DNA of 46,405 bases, taken from positions 1 through 46,405 of IMG/VR virus record IMGVR_UViG_3300032270_001390; one strand, written 5' to 3'. The notes under the pieces were generated by a model. That model made no database searches, was not told where the DNA came from, and saw only the letters and a list, made by a program, of their open reading frames with translations. Positions 19,452-28,099 of the stretch are shown piece after piece. This DNA comes from a virus (lineage: Duplodnaviria; Caudoviricetes). Numbering within the stretch: the stretch's first letter is position 1; each line of letters opens with the position of its first letter. The position numbers were made by a program, and so were the translations under genes.

Positions 19452-20174
19452 GTCAGTTGTAATTGGGATGCTGACTCCCTCCTCTGAGCCGTTATCTCCC
19501 TCAAAATTAAATGTTAGATCAACATCTGGTTGGATTTGTTTAATATATTCTCTAAATGCTCTTGAGTCTCTAGCTAAGAAGTTATTATCTACAAATTCTC
19601 TAATACTTGAATTATCATCATCTCCATTAATTGAAAGAATCATATGTTTAAAACGAGTAGTTAATTCAGGATTAGTATTTTTAAATGCTTTTTTTAATCC
19701 TTTTAATTCATTTTCAATTAATTTTTCATCACTTTGAGTTAGCAATTTAAAAGTAATTTCAAATTTAGAAAAAGGTAATGTAAATTTAAATTTATTAATA
19801 TTAGGAGTTAATAAATTCTTTTCATCTAATTCTTTAGATTCAATCTTAGATAAATCTACTGTTACTTTTTCTCCATCGTAGTCAAAAGAATAATCAGATC
19901 CATATCCTAAAATACGAGCTGCTACTAATAATGCGTTTTTATCACCCGTTATTAAATCATCATAATTGATTTTAGAAACAATTAGAGACTGTAATAGTTT
20001 ATCAATTACAATACCTTGTTTAATAAAATTTTGGTTGGTTAAAATGTCTTCCTCTCTAGCGGTCATGTATTTCATTTCTATCTTACCGCTTGATAGAGGA
20101 TTTTCTTTTGGATATATTAAACCTTTAGAAGGTAATTCAATAACCTCAGATGGGAATTTTGGCTTTTCACTCAT
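19431..20174 (-). CDS. T4 gp26-like baseplate hub / tail assembly chaperone
   Basis: IELPSKGLIY, MTAREEDIL, GDKNALLVAARILGYG, DSRAFREY, terminal FFWP; lies between tube and tape measure. Confidence 0.8.
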   Translation of the reverse strand: MSEKPKFPSEVIELPSKGLIYPKENPLSSGKIEMKYMTAREEDILTNQNFIKQGIVIDKLLQSLIVSKINYDDLITGDKNALLVAARILGYGSDYSFDYDGEKVTVDLSKIESKELDEKNLLTPNINKFKFTLPFSKFEITFKLLTQSDEKLIENELKGLKKAFKNTNPELTTRFKHMILSINGDDDNSSIREFVDNNFLARDSRAFREYIKQIQPDVDLTFNFEGDNGSEEGVSIPITTDFFWPDI

Positions 20175-20209
20175 AGATTTTTTATTTAATTAAAACTTTT
20201 ATATTCAAA

Positions 20210-20218
20210 TATAAATAT
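20210..20218 (-). promoter_or_regulatory. Putative late promoter ATATTTATA (chaperone)
   Basis: Between the tube terminator and ATG at 20174. Confidence 0.7.
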
Positions 20219-20237
20219 ATAAGAAAATACAAAGGTA

Positions 20238-20269
20238 TAAAAAAAGCCCACATTTCTGTGAGCTCTTTT
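20238..20269 (-). terminator. Intrinsic terminator after tail tube gene
   Basis: Minus strand GAGCTCACA-GAAA-TGTGGGCTT followed by a T-run. Confidence 0.8.
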
Positions 20270-20287
20270 GAAAAATATTGTTTTGAA

Positions 20288-20776
20288 TTAGTAGTTCAAT
20301 ATACAGTAATCCATACCTAATGATAAAGTTAGGTTTTGGGCAGCAGCTTCGTTATCCCAATTATATTCACCAAATTCAGCTGACTTGATGAATGCACCTT
20401 TAATAATCCACTCACTTACTATATCACCTACAGGGCCTAGGATTTCAATTTTTACATCTTTTTTATAAAAATCGGAGTATCCGTCGCGACCTGTTACTGA
20501 TTCGTGGTGTAAACGTACCCATTCCATTACTGCTTGAGCACCTGATGGAGTGATCGGATCGAATAATGTTAATGATAAGTCATTCCATTTTAATTTACCT
20601 TTAATTTTACGGTAAATGTTAATGTGGTTTAATATAATTTCGTCTTGTGCGAAACCCATACCACTTACTGCTTTTATAATATAACTCGGGATGCCATTAA
20701 CGTACATATAGAACCTATTCTGTAGTTTTGGTTCAAACGCCGAGAAAAATATTTCGTTAGAATTTAATATTGCCAT
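20288..20776 (-). CDS. Tail tube protein (gp19-like)
   Basis: FEPKLQNRF, KGKLKW, AVMEW, GRDGYSDFYKKD, W.IKGAF; follows sheath gene. Confidence 0.9.
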   Translation of the reverse strand: MAILNSNEIFFSAFEPKLQNRFYMYVNGIPSYIIKAVSGMGFAQDEIILNHINIYRKIKGKLKWNDLSLTLFDPITPSGAQAVMEWVRLHHESVTGRDGYSDFYKKDVKIEILGPVGDIVSEWIIKGAFIKSAEFGEYNWDNEAAAQNLTLSLGMDYCILNY

Positions 20777-20796
20777 GTCTTTACTTTATTATCAGT

Positions 20797-20805
20797 TATA
20801 AATAT
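20797..20805 (-). promoter_or_regulatory. Putative late promoter ATATTTATA (tail tube)
   Basis: 20 nt upstream of ATG at 20776. Confidence 0.7.
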
Positions 20806-20820
20806 TATATTTTTAAATTC

Positions 20821-22539
20821 TTATGCAGGGAATGTAGCTCCAGTTGGTAATATGTTAAAGTCTAGAATAATAAATTCTGCAGTCTTAGTAGGTTGGAGAT
20901 AAATAGCTCCTCTTAATTGATTTCTATCTACTACGTCTGGTGTATTATTACTTTCATCCATTACTACTTTATAAGCGTATAAACCTTGACGTTGTTGTAC
21001 ACTTTCTAAATATGGGTTCACTTGTGCTAAGAAGTTATTTCTAGTAGCTAATGTATTTTGTTCAAATACTAATGTGTTAGATATATTAGAAATAGTGTTT
21101 TTAAGAGTAATTAACAAACGACGAACATTTACACGATCTAAAGCTGATGATTTAGTTTGTAATGTTTTCTGACCAAATACTACAACTCCAGTTGCTGGGA
21201 ATGTAGCGATTGGGTTAATCTTACCAGTGTATAAACTATCGCGATCTGCGGAAGTTAATTTTCTTTCAGCTAGTACTACTTGGCTTAAACCACCACGATT
21301 AATACCGGCAGGTGCAAACCATGGAGCAGATACATTATCGCTATAAGCATATACACCTGGAATTACAGTAGAGGCAGGAACCCATACTAAATTTTGAGTG
21401 TCAGGGTCTACAATTTGAACCCAAGGCCAATATGCGGCTGCGTAGCTAGTGTTTAAAGTTGAAGCTTGGGCTTTAACTGTAGACACGTTTTGTCCGTATT
21501 TTACTAAGTCAATAACTGCAATAGCATCACCTCTGTTTTGAGTGTTATTGATTAATATATTCAATGGGATATTATGGCCTGTTTCAGCGCGCATTAATCC
21601 AGGAGCAGTAATAACATTGTATTTATAATCATCTTTATTTGCTAAAACGGCAAACGATTGAGTATAATCATTTGGGCTTATCCCTTGGATATTAGAACCA
21701 CCCATATTTTCATAGAATTTAGCTTCATAAGTAGGAATAGTATTTCCAGTTGCTCCACCAAGTGCACCACTTTGAGCTATAGGAATAGAACCAGTATATG
21801 ATACAATTGCTGTTCCTGTGTTGTCAAAGTAATTAGGAGTTCTTTGGCTTACACTTTTTACTCTTACGTACTTACTACTTACAGGATAGCTACCTGATAC
21901 TTGTAGGTATGGGTTTAAGTTTTCGTCTAAACGAATATTGTATATTTGGTTACCAATTACTTTTTCAATGTAATTGTTTTGGTTAGGATCTAATGAAAGA
22001 TTAGACCAAGTTTCCAAAATAGTAGGAGTATTAAAGGTATCATCTCCTCTTCTAATTAATAATGTAAATGTTCCAGATGCTGTGTTAGGTGCTTGAATCT
22101 CCCAACGAACATTGCTGGTGCTACCACTAGGTAATGAAGAAGATACTTCAGTACTATCACTATTACCAATAGTACCATCAGTAAGATATTCTAATGTGAA
22201 CATATTACCACCAATAGTACTACCACTTACATTAGAACTTGATGCAGGGGTAAATGAACCACTTGCAACACGAGTAACTAATAAGCTAGTACCACCATTG
22301 TTAAAATAATTGTATGCAGATAACGCTGTTAAATAATTGTAAGTACCACCTCCGCTAATAAAATAACCTCCGAAATTTTGTAAATAATCAGAATAAGTGG
22401 TTACTATTTTTGGGATACCTACTTTACCCAACAGAGTTGGACCAACAATAGCTGCACCAATAGGTGCAGGGGTTGCAGAAACAAAAGATTGATCGTTCTC
22501 TCTTGCTAAAACACCAGGGGATATTAAAGTTTCGGCCAT
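20821..22539 (-). CDS. Contractile tail sheath protein (gp18-like)
   Basis: SPGVLARE.D, YWPWV, PWFAPAG.NRG, INPIATFP, FGQKTLQ, RVNVRRLL, FEQN, PTKTAEFI. Confidence 0.95.
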   Translation of the reverse strand: MAETLISPGVLARENDQSFVSATPAPIGAAIVGPTLLGKVGIPKIVTTYSDYLQNFGGYFISGGGTYNYLTALSAYNYFNNGGTSLLVTRVASGSFTPASSSNVSGSTIGGNMFTLEYLTDGTIGNSDSTEVSSSLPSGSTSNVRWEIQAPNTASGTFTLLIRRGDDTFNTPTILETWSNLSLDPNQNNYIEKVIGNQIYNIRLDENLNPYLQVSGSYPVSSKYVRVKSVSQRTPNYFDNTGTAIVSYTGSIPIAQSGALGGATGNTIPTYEAKFYENMGGSNIQGISPNDYTQSFAVLANKDDYKYNVITAPGLMRAETGHNIPLNILINNTQNRGDAIAVIDLVKYGQNVSTVKAQASTLNTSYAAAYWPWVQIVDPDTQNLVWVPASTVIPGVYAYSDNVSAPWFAPAGINRGGLSQVVLAERKLTSADRDSLYTGKINPIATFPATGVVVFGQKTLQTKSSALDRVNVRRLLITLKNTISNISNTLVFEQNTLATRNNFLAQVNPYLESVQQRQGLYAYKVVMDESNNTPDVVDRNQLRGAIYLQPTKTAEFIILDFNILPTGATFPA

Positions 22540-22558
22540 GTTTTATATGTTTTTTTAT

Positions 22559-22567
22559 GATAAATAT
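22559..22567 (-). promoter_or_regulatory. Putative late promoter ATATTTATC (sheath)
   Basis: 19 nt upstream of ATG at 22539. Confidence 0.65.
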
Positions 22568-22586
22568 GGCGAACTATCTTCAAAGT

Positions 22587-22838
22587 TTAGACCTTAGGTA
22601 AAAATTCCCCAGTTTCTAAGCTTATAGTTCCTTCACCATATTTAACTTTCATTTGTTCAACCAAACTAAGTTCTTGGTTTTTTAAATTGTTAAATTCTGT
22701 TTTTAATTTATCTTTTTCTTCACTTAAATTGATAAATTCAATTTCAATTCTTCCTAAATTTAAAGATACTTGATTGTATTTGTTTTTAAGATCTTTAAGT
22801 GAAGTTAATTCTTCGGGAGTTAAAACTTTTTTTTCCAT
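22587..22838 (-). CDS. Small coiled-coil protein (tail assembly-associated, putative)
   Basis: 83-aa heptad-rich ORF ending KYGEGTISLETGEF; preceded by an ATATTTATA motif. Confidence 0.7.
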   Translation of the reverse strand: MEKKVLTPEELTSLKDLKNKYNQVSLNLGRIEIEFINLSEEKDKLKTEFNNLKNQELSLVEQMKVKYGEGTISLETGEFLPKV

Positions 22839-22851
22839 AAATTATTTTTAT

Positions 22852-22860
22852 TATAAATAT
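22852..22860 (-). promoter_or_regulatory. Putative late promoter ATATTTATA (83-aa gene)
   Basis: 13 nt upstream of ATG at 22838. Confidence 0.7.
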
Positions 22861-22868
22861 ATTAAAAC

Positions 22869-23825
22869 TTATACTCCATCAAACCCTGGTGAAGGAGGAT
22901 CTTCAAAGTTTACAGGGTATTGAGGTACAACTGGGTATTGAAGAGGTACATTAGAGTATGGGTCTGTAGTTTCGTTAGGATTTAAAACAGTTTCTAAAGA
23001 GAATACTACTGATGTTTGATCTGGGAGTTTTTTAATGGATTGTAAATCCTTATTAATTATATCTGGGATGATATATCCATACATAGTAATGTTAAATTCA
23101 GTTTGAACTAATCTTTCTTCCCCTTGATTGATAGAGTTATTAGTAGTAAAAGATGTAATTCTAGCTCTAAATTTAAATCTTGCTGGGTCACCCCAATATG
23201 CTTCAGATGCATAGTTAATTGCTTCAACAATTTTATTCATTTGCTCCATGTAGTATGTTGACACTATGCATTTATATGTTAATGTTACATAATCAGGAAC
23301 AACTATAGCATATTGAGTTTTTTGAGGTATTCTATTATTTAATACACCAAAATTATCATATGCATTTTCTTTTCCATATGTTTTAGTAGAAATACTGTAG
23401 TTATGAGGAAAGTTAGCATCTAGTTTATTTGCAATGCTAAAATTCTTTTCCATAGACTCTCTCCTATACATTATAAGAGGAGCCATTATTTTATCATTTT
23501 GATCTCGATAATATCCATCTGCTTGAACCGCCTTCCATCTTTCAGGGCTACCATAAATTATAGGAACCGGAATTTGAGTATTATTTTGATATACAGAAGG
23601 TTTAATAACATTTGCAAAATAATAATAAATAGCTTCATCTATATCTTGGATACCAACACTAAATGGTTTTGTAGTATCTCCTTTAAATGATAATTGATTT
23701 GCTCTATTTAAAGGATTTATATTATTAGTAGAATCATTTGTATTACCATATTGAGAACTGTAAGGATTTATCTGCTCATTACTAAGTTCTTTTTGTGTTT
23801 TTGGTATGGGTTTTCTAGCAGGCAT
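22869..23825 (-). CDS. Tail sheath stabiliser / terminator (gp15-like)
   Basis: DIDEAI, VPIIYGSPERW, PDYVTLTY, QMNKIVE; lies between neck and sheath genes. Confidence 0.75.
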   Translation of the reverse strand: MPARKPIPKTQKELSNEQINPYSSQYGNTNDSTNNINPLNRANQLSFKGDTTKPFSVGIQDIDEAIYYYFANVIKPSVYQNNTQIPVPIIYGSPERWKAVQADGYYRDQNDKIMAPLIMYRRESMEKNFSIANKLDANFPHNYSISTKTYGKENAYDNFGVLNNRIPQKTQYAIVVPDYVTLTYKCIVSTYYMEQMNKIVEAINYASEAYWGDPARFKFRARITSFTTNNSINQGEERLVQTEFNITMYGYIIPDIINKDLQSIKKLPDQTSVVFSLETVLNPNETTDPYSNVPLQYPVVPQYPVNFEDPPSPGFDGV

Positions 23826-24331
23826 TAGATTCTAGCTTTAGTTAAACTGTATTTGTCAGATGGGATTAGTTGTCCTTGACATATAATTGAGATACTGGAT
23901 CCAAAATTTTCTAATCCTGGGTTAAGTGGGTTAGGAGAATATGGGTATTCTTCAGATTTACCAGAAAATAATTGATTTTCTTGAATATTATCTAGTTCAA
24001 AAAAACTTTCATACCACATAATTATATCCCCTACCTCAGGTACAACTTGTGCATCTTTTAAATCATCTCGAAATAAATTAAAGGTCATAGTTCTTGTAAT
24101 GTTAGGACCTAAATCACTTGATCCCCATATCTGATCATTTCTTTGGATTAAACAATTTAAAAGAACAGGAGTAAAGAAGTATTTATCTATAGCTTCACCA
24201 TATATATTAACTTTATTTTTTCCATAATTATACTTATAGTATGCTATTTGTTGAGTAATAATATCCCCTAATAATTCTCGATTAAGGTTTCTAAATAAGC
24301 TGATATCTCTTGCTCCACCAAATAAAGCCAT
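23825..24331 (-). CDS. Neck / head-closure protein (gp14-like)
   Basis: N.YGE...K.F, PEVGDII.W motifs; synteny after gp13-like gene. Confidence 0.75.
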   Translation of the reverse strand: MALFGGARDISLFRNLNRELLGDIITQQIAYYKYNYGKNKVNIYGEAIDKYFFTPVLLNCLIQRNDQIWGSSDLGPNITRTMTFNLFRDDLKDAQVVPEVGDIIMWYESFFELDNIQENQLFSGKSEEYPYSPNPLNPGLENFGSSISIICQGQLIPSDKYSLTKARI

Positions 24332-24332
24332 G

Positions 24333-25487
24333 TTATCCTATATAAATTAAGTAAGGGGTTTGTTGTAATTCTTTTAATCTAGCATCTGTTTCTAAAGATT
24401 TTCTTTCTAATATTTTTTCCCTAGAAGTTTCTTCTAAATAAAGTTTTAATTTTTCAACTAAAGCAGTTTTTTCAGCAGTAGCGGCAGTTATAAGATCACT
24501 TTGATTTAATGTTATTTCTGAGTTAGGGATAGGAATGGTTGAATATTTACCTCTAATATATCCTAACATTTCTTTACATAATGCTAATGTATACTCAAAT
24601 ACCCATTGACGACCAATAGAATTAATTTGTCCATATACTGGGTTTGTAAAAGGTACATTAGAAACATTAGTAACTAATCCTGATCCAGAAGGAGCAACCG
24701 GGGTATTTTTTTCAGATTTAAGATAATACTCAAACCATAATCTTACTCCATTTTCTCCTTCTTCAGGTATAGGAAATAATCGTAATTTATTATTTCTAAG
24801 TTCAAAAGATATTTGTGATCTTCTTACTAAATCATTCATTTCAATTTCTTGAATCTTTTGAATATCAAAATAAATAGGATATAATGTAGCTGTGTTGGCT
24901 ATACCATAGTTAGCCCAACCAAAGTCATTTAATATATTTAAATATTCATTACCAGCTCCAATATAAGGATCTAAGTATCTTACAGAAGCAGGAATTTGAT
25001 TTCTAAATAAACGAGTTATTGTAATATCTTGGCCTGATAGGCTTTGGGAAACAGCCCATTCATTTAAATCATAATCTTGAACATGTTCTTTAAGTATTAT
25101 AGATCCTGAGTAGAAATTGACGTCTCCTCCTACGTTAGCTTCAATCCCATATTGTTCAGAAATACGAATAATTCCTCCTTGGTTAGGACGAATTAATGAG
25201 TGATTTAATACGGATGCAGTAGTAAATCCTTCTATATCAAGATAATCTTGTCTAACTTTATATGCATAAACTAAATTTCCATATGTAGTAATTGCTTCTT
25301 CAAATGCTGTATAAAAGTTTAAATCTTGGAGTTCAACATCAACTAATGGATATCCTAATCGACGAGCACAAAATGTTACTATTTTATCAGCATCAATTTG
25401 AAAGTCATAATCATAGTCATAAAATCCAAAAGGTGTATTACCAGGGATAAATGAACTTGAACCAGGATATATTGGGATGTTAGCCAT
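24333..25487 (-). CDS. Neck / head-tail adaptor protein (gp13-like)
   Basis: RRLGYPLVDVEL, W..EYTLALCKEMLG.IRGKY, TLN..DL, terminal P..IYIG. Confidence 0.85.
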   Translation of the reverse strand: MANIPIYPGSSSFIPGNTPFGFYDYDYDFQIDADKIVTFCARRLGYPLVDVELQDLNFYTAFEEAITTYGNLVYAYKVRQDYLDIEGFTTASVLNHSLIRPNQGGIIRISEQYGIEANVGGDVNFYSGSIILKEHVQDYDLNEWAVSQSLSGQDITITRLFRNQIPASVRYLDPYIGAGNEYLNILNDFGWANYGIANTATLYPIYFDIQKIQEIEMNDLVRRSQISFELRNNKLRLFPIPEEGENGVRLWFEYYLKSEKNTPVAPSGSGLVTNVSNVPFTNPVYGQINSIGRQWVFEYTLALCKEMLGYIRGKYSTIPIPNSEITLNQSDLITAATAEKTALVEKLKLYLEETSREKILERKSLETDARLKELQQTPYLIYIG

Positions 25488-25501
25488 GTGTTAGGTTTTG
25501 T

Positions 25502-25510
25502 TATAAATAT
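25502..25510 (-). promoter_or_regulatory. Putative late promoter ATATTTATA (neck unit)
   Basis: 14 nt upstream of ATG at 25487. Confidence 0.7.
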
Positions 25511-25530
25511 ACGAAACTATATGAATCGCA

Positions 25531-25767
25531 CTATTCAGGAAGAGGTGGTTCTGTAATTGGGGGTTCAATAGAAATATTCTCATCAATATCTTCTATTATA
25601 ATAGATTCTTGATATTGTTGTCCATATAATTCTAAAGCAATAATAAGTTCTTCTTTAGTGCTGTAAAAAAATAACTTAGGTTGTCCGGTTGTTATTTGCC
25701 ATTCTTCTTCTATTGATCCATAATGGAATACATCTATTTCATTTGTTGCTAAGTACCATTTTATCAT
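25531..25767 (-). CDS. Small hypothetical protein coupled to the DUF285 gene
   Basis: ATGA overlap with the upstream stop; MIKWYLATNEIDVFHYG...TTGQP. Confidence 0.6.
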   Translation of the reverse strand: MIKWYLATNEIDVFHYGSIEEEWQITTGQPKLFFYSTKEELIIALELYGQQYQESIIIEDIDENISIEPPITEPPLPE

Positions 25768-27668
25768 ATTTGTCCTCCGTCTACTATTGTCCAACTATTA
25801 GGTGGTGATGTTAATATTGCTCTTGAAGCTGAGGCAGCGGATGTGTATTTAATTGTTCCAAAATCAATTGATATGTTAGGTTTAACAGATTGGGAAGCCC
25901 ATCCTATTAAAATATCATCATAGTTTAAAGTTGAATAATCATTAAATGTTTTACTTGTCATAAATGAAGATGCATTTGACATTGAGGTTATTTTCCATCC
26001 TCCTAAAGGTTGATTAAAAGAAATAGCATTTAAAAATGTTTGACTAGCATTTGTTAAGTTAATTGTATTCCAATTTCGAATAGAATTACTTCCACTATTA
26101 TTAAATTGACTAGCACTTCTAGGTAAACCATAATTGTAAAATAAACCTAAAGATGATGTAAGAGCAGATACATTCCATAAACCTACTTCTTGGTTAAAAT
26201 ATGGTTGGCCAGTGAACATGAATCCCATGTCTCTTACTTTACTTACATTCCAATTTTTAATAGAAGGATCTCCACCATTATTAAATACACCATCTCTAGG
26301 CATACTACTTGGGTGGTTAAACATATGAAACATATTTGTAACATTTGATGTATCCCAAGATCCTATATTTTGGTTAAAATTAGATTGCCCTGCGAATAAA
26401 TAAGACATATCGGTTACTTTGCTGGTATTCCAATTATTTAATGGTTGGTTAAATGAACCAGTAGTTGCTCCATAAAACACAGCTAACATTGCATTCATTG
26501 CTGTAACATTTCCAACATTCCAACTCCCAATAGGTTGATTAAATTGTGGCGCCCCATAAAACATAGCAAACATATTAGAAGCACTAGCTACATTCCAATT
26601 TTTAATAGAATCACTTCCTCCATTATTAAATGAGCTAGTTCGAGTAGCACTTGCACCAGCAAATGCATAATAAAATGATCTTACTTTACTGACATCCCAA
26701 GATCCTATATTTTGGTTAAAAGCATAGGCCGAGTAAAACATAGTTGTCATATCTACTAAATTAGGTGTAGTCCAACTATTTATCGGCTGGTTAAAACGAG
26801 AAGCAGAAGAAAACATAGATGACATGCTGATAGCTGATATTGGTCTCCAGTTATCTAAAGGTTGGTTAAAATTACTATAGCCAAACATAAAGCTAAAATT
26901 ACTAGCACTACTTACATTCCAACTTTCAATAGGTTGATTAAAATTAGAATTATATAAAAATGTTTGACTAAATGAGGTTACTTTACTAGTATCCCAATTT
27001 TTAATAGAATCACTTCCTCCATTATTAAATGAGTGAGTAAAAGTAGCATTTGCTGATCCAAGCATATTAGCCATATTAGTAGCATTACTTGTATTCCAAT
27101 TACCTATATTTTGATTAAATCTATAGGTAGTATAAAAAGTTTGACCCATATTACCTACTTTACTAGTATCCCATTGATCAAGTCTACTAATAGTAGTAAG
27201 TAACGAACATGATCTAAATGTAGCTGAGAGAGAAGCACTAAGTGTTGGGTTTAGATGTTTAGTGTAAAGATTTGGGGTATCAGATATATTATTTAAAGTT
27301 AAAGCATCGCATCCATAAAATTGGGCTCCCTGGGATGATAGTTTTAACCCACCCCACTGTGATATATTGATTATTTTACGTCTATCTCTACCATTATTAA
27401 AAGACCACCCATTAATATGGCCACTCATAGTTACATTATAAGTTCCAGCAGTAGCATAAGAATGTGTTACTTCAGGTTGTAAAGCAGATGATATTGAGCT
27501 ACTAGTGTTATCGCCCCAATACACCATAAAATTATATGAACCACTTACAGTTAATGGTAATACAATTTGATTAGCAGCACTTGAAGTTTGAGATAAATTA
27601 TCCGTCTTCCATGTTGATATGAAAGGTTTAGGTTTTGAATTTACTACACTTCTATTTGCTCTAGCCAT
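25764..27668 (-). CDS. DUF285/BspA-like leucine-rich-repeat surface protein with N-terminal PKD-like domain
   Basis: Many FNQ(P/N)IGxW(D/N)xSxVTxMxxMF repeats; YWGDN...THSYATAGTY PKD-like segment. Confidence 0.9.
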   Translation of the reverse strand: MARANRSVVNSKPKPFISTWKTDNLSQTSSAANQIVLPLTVSGSYNFMVYWGDNTSSSISSALQPEVTHSYATAGTYNVTMSGHINGWSFNNGRDRRKIINISQWGGLKLSSQGAQFYGCDALTLNNISDTPNLYTKHLNPTLSASLSATFRSCSLLTTISRLDQWDTSKVGNMGQTFYTTYRFNQNIGNWNTSNATNMANMLGSANATFTHSFNNGGSDSIKNWDTSKVTSFSQTFLYNSNFNQPIESWNVSSASNFSFMFGYSNFNQPLDNWRPISAISMSSMFSSASRFNQPINSWTTPNLVDMTTMFYSAYAFNQNIGSWDVSKVRSFYYAFAGASATRTSSFNNGGSDSIKNWNVASASNMFAMFYGAPQFNQPIGSWNVGNVTAMNAMLAVFYGATTGSFNQPLNNWNTSKVTDMSYLFAGQSNFNQNIGSWDTSNVTNMFHMFNHPSSMPRDGVFNNGGDPSIKNWNVSKVRDMGFMFTGQPYFNQEVGLWNVSALTSSLGLFYNYGLPRSASQFNNSGSNSIRNWNTINLTNASQTFLNAISFNQPLGGWKITSMSNASSFMTSKTFNDYSTLNYDDILIGWASQSVKPNISIDFGTIKYTSAASASRAILTSPPNSWTIVDGGQI

Positions 27669-27670
27669 GA

Positions 27671-28096
27671 TTACTGAGTTATCCAGTATTCTACTCTTGT
27701 TCCTTTAACCCATTCAGCATAAATTATATTTAGGGTATTTGGGACATAAATTCCATTACTTACTACTACCCAAGTTGCAGGCACAGATGGTGCTATTGTG
27801 TGGTTGTGGTATATTTTTTGTACTACTCCAATTTGTGCTCCCGTTAAATCATTTGTTAAACTTCCAGTTGCAGGTGCGTCCCATTCATTATATACTGTTG
27901 TATTTACAAATGATATTACTGTTCCCGTACCTGGTATAGCTCCAGTAACACCTTGTATACCTTGTGGTCCGGGTGAATTTACTTGGATAATATCTGTTAC
28001 AGGTTGTACTACTGTTAGTTGATTATTATCAGTATCATTAACAACAACATTGTTAGTGGTTAAATTTACTACTATTCTATTTGAGTTATCAGCCAT
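27671..28096 (-). CDS. Small fibre-associated protein with short collagen-like segment
   Basis: PGPQGIQGVTG triplets; C-terminal G.Y....LNIIYAEW; located in the fibre cluster. Confidence 0.65.
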   Translation of the reverse strand: MADNSNRIVVNLTTNNVVVNDTDNNQLTVVQPVTDIIQVNSPGPQGIQGVTGAIPGTGTVISFVNTTVYNEWDAPATGSLTNDLTGAQIGVVQKIYHNHTIAPSVPATWVVVSNGIYVPNTLNIIYAEWVKGTRVEYWITQ

Positions 28097-28099
28097 ATA

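Noticed and set aside
19452-19504. Upstream start of the 107-aa ORF (MREITAQ...) given in the track
   Set aside because: Lies inside the gp26-like gene with no initiation context; the plausible protein sequence starts only at the T7 run, which favours frameshift entry.
9029-22539. Bacterial contractile injection system or tailocin instead of a phage
   Set aside because: Capsid, scaffold, prohead protease, neck and replication genes are contiguous, indicating a phage genome segment.
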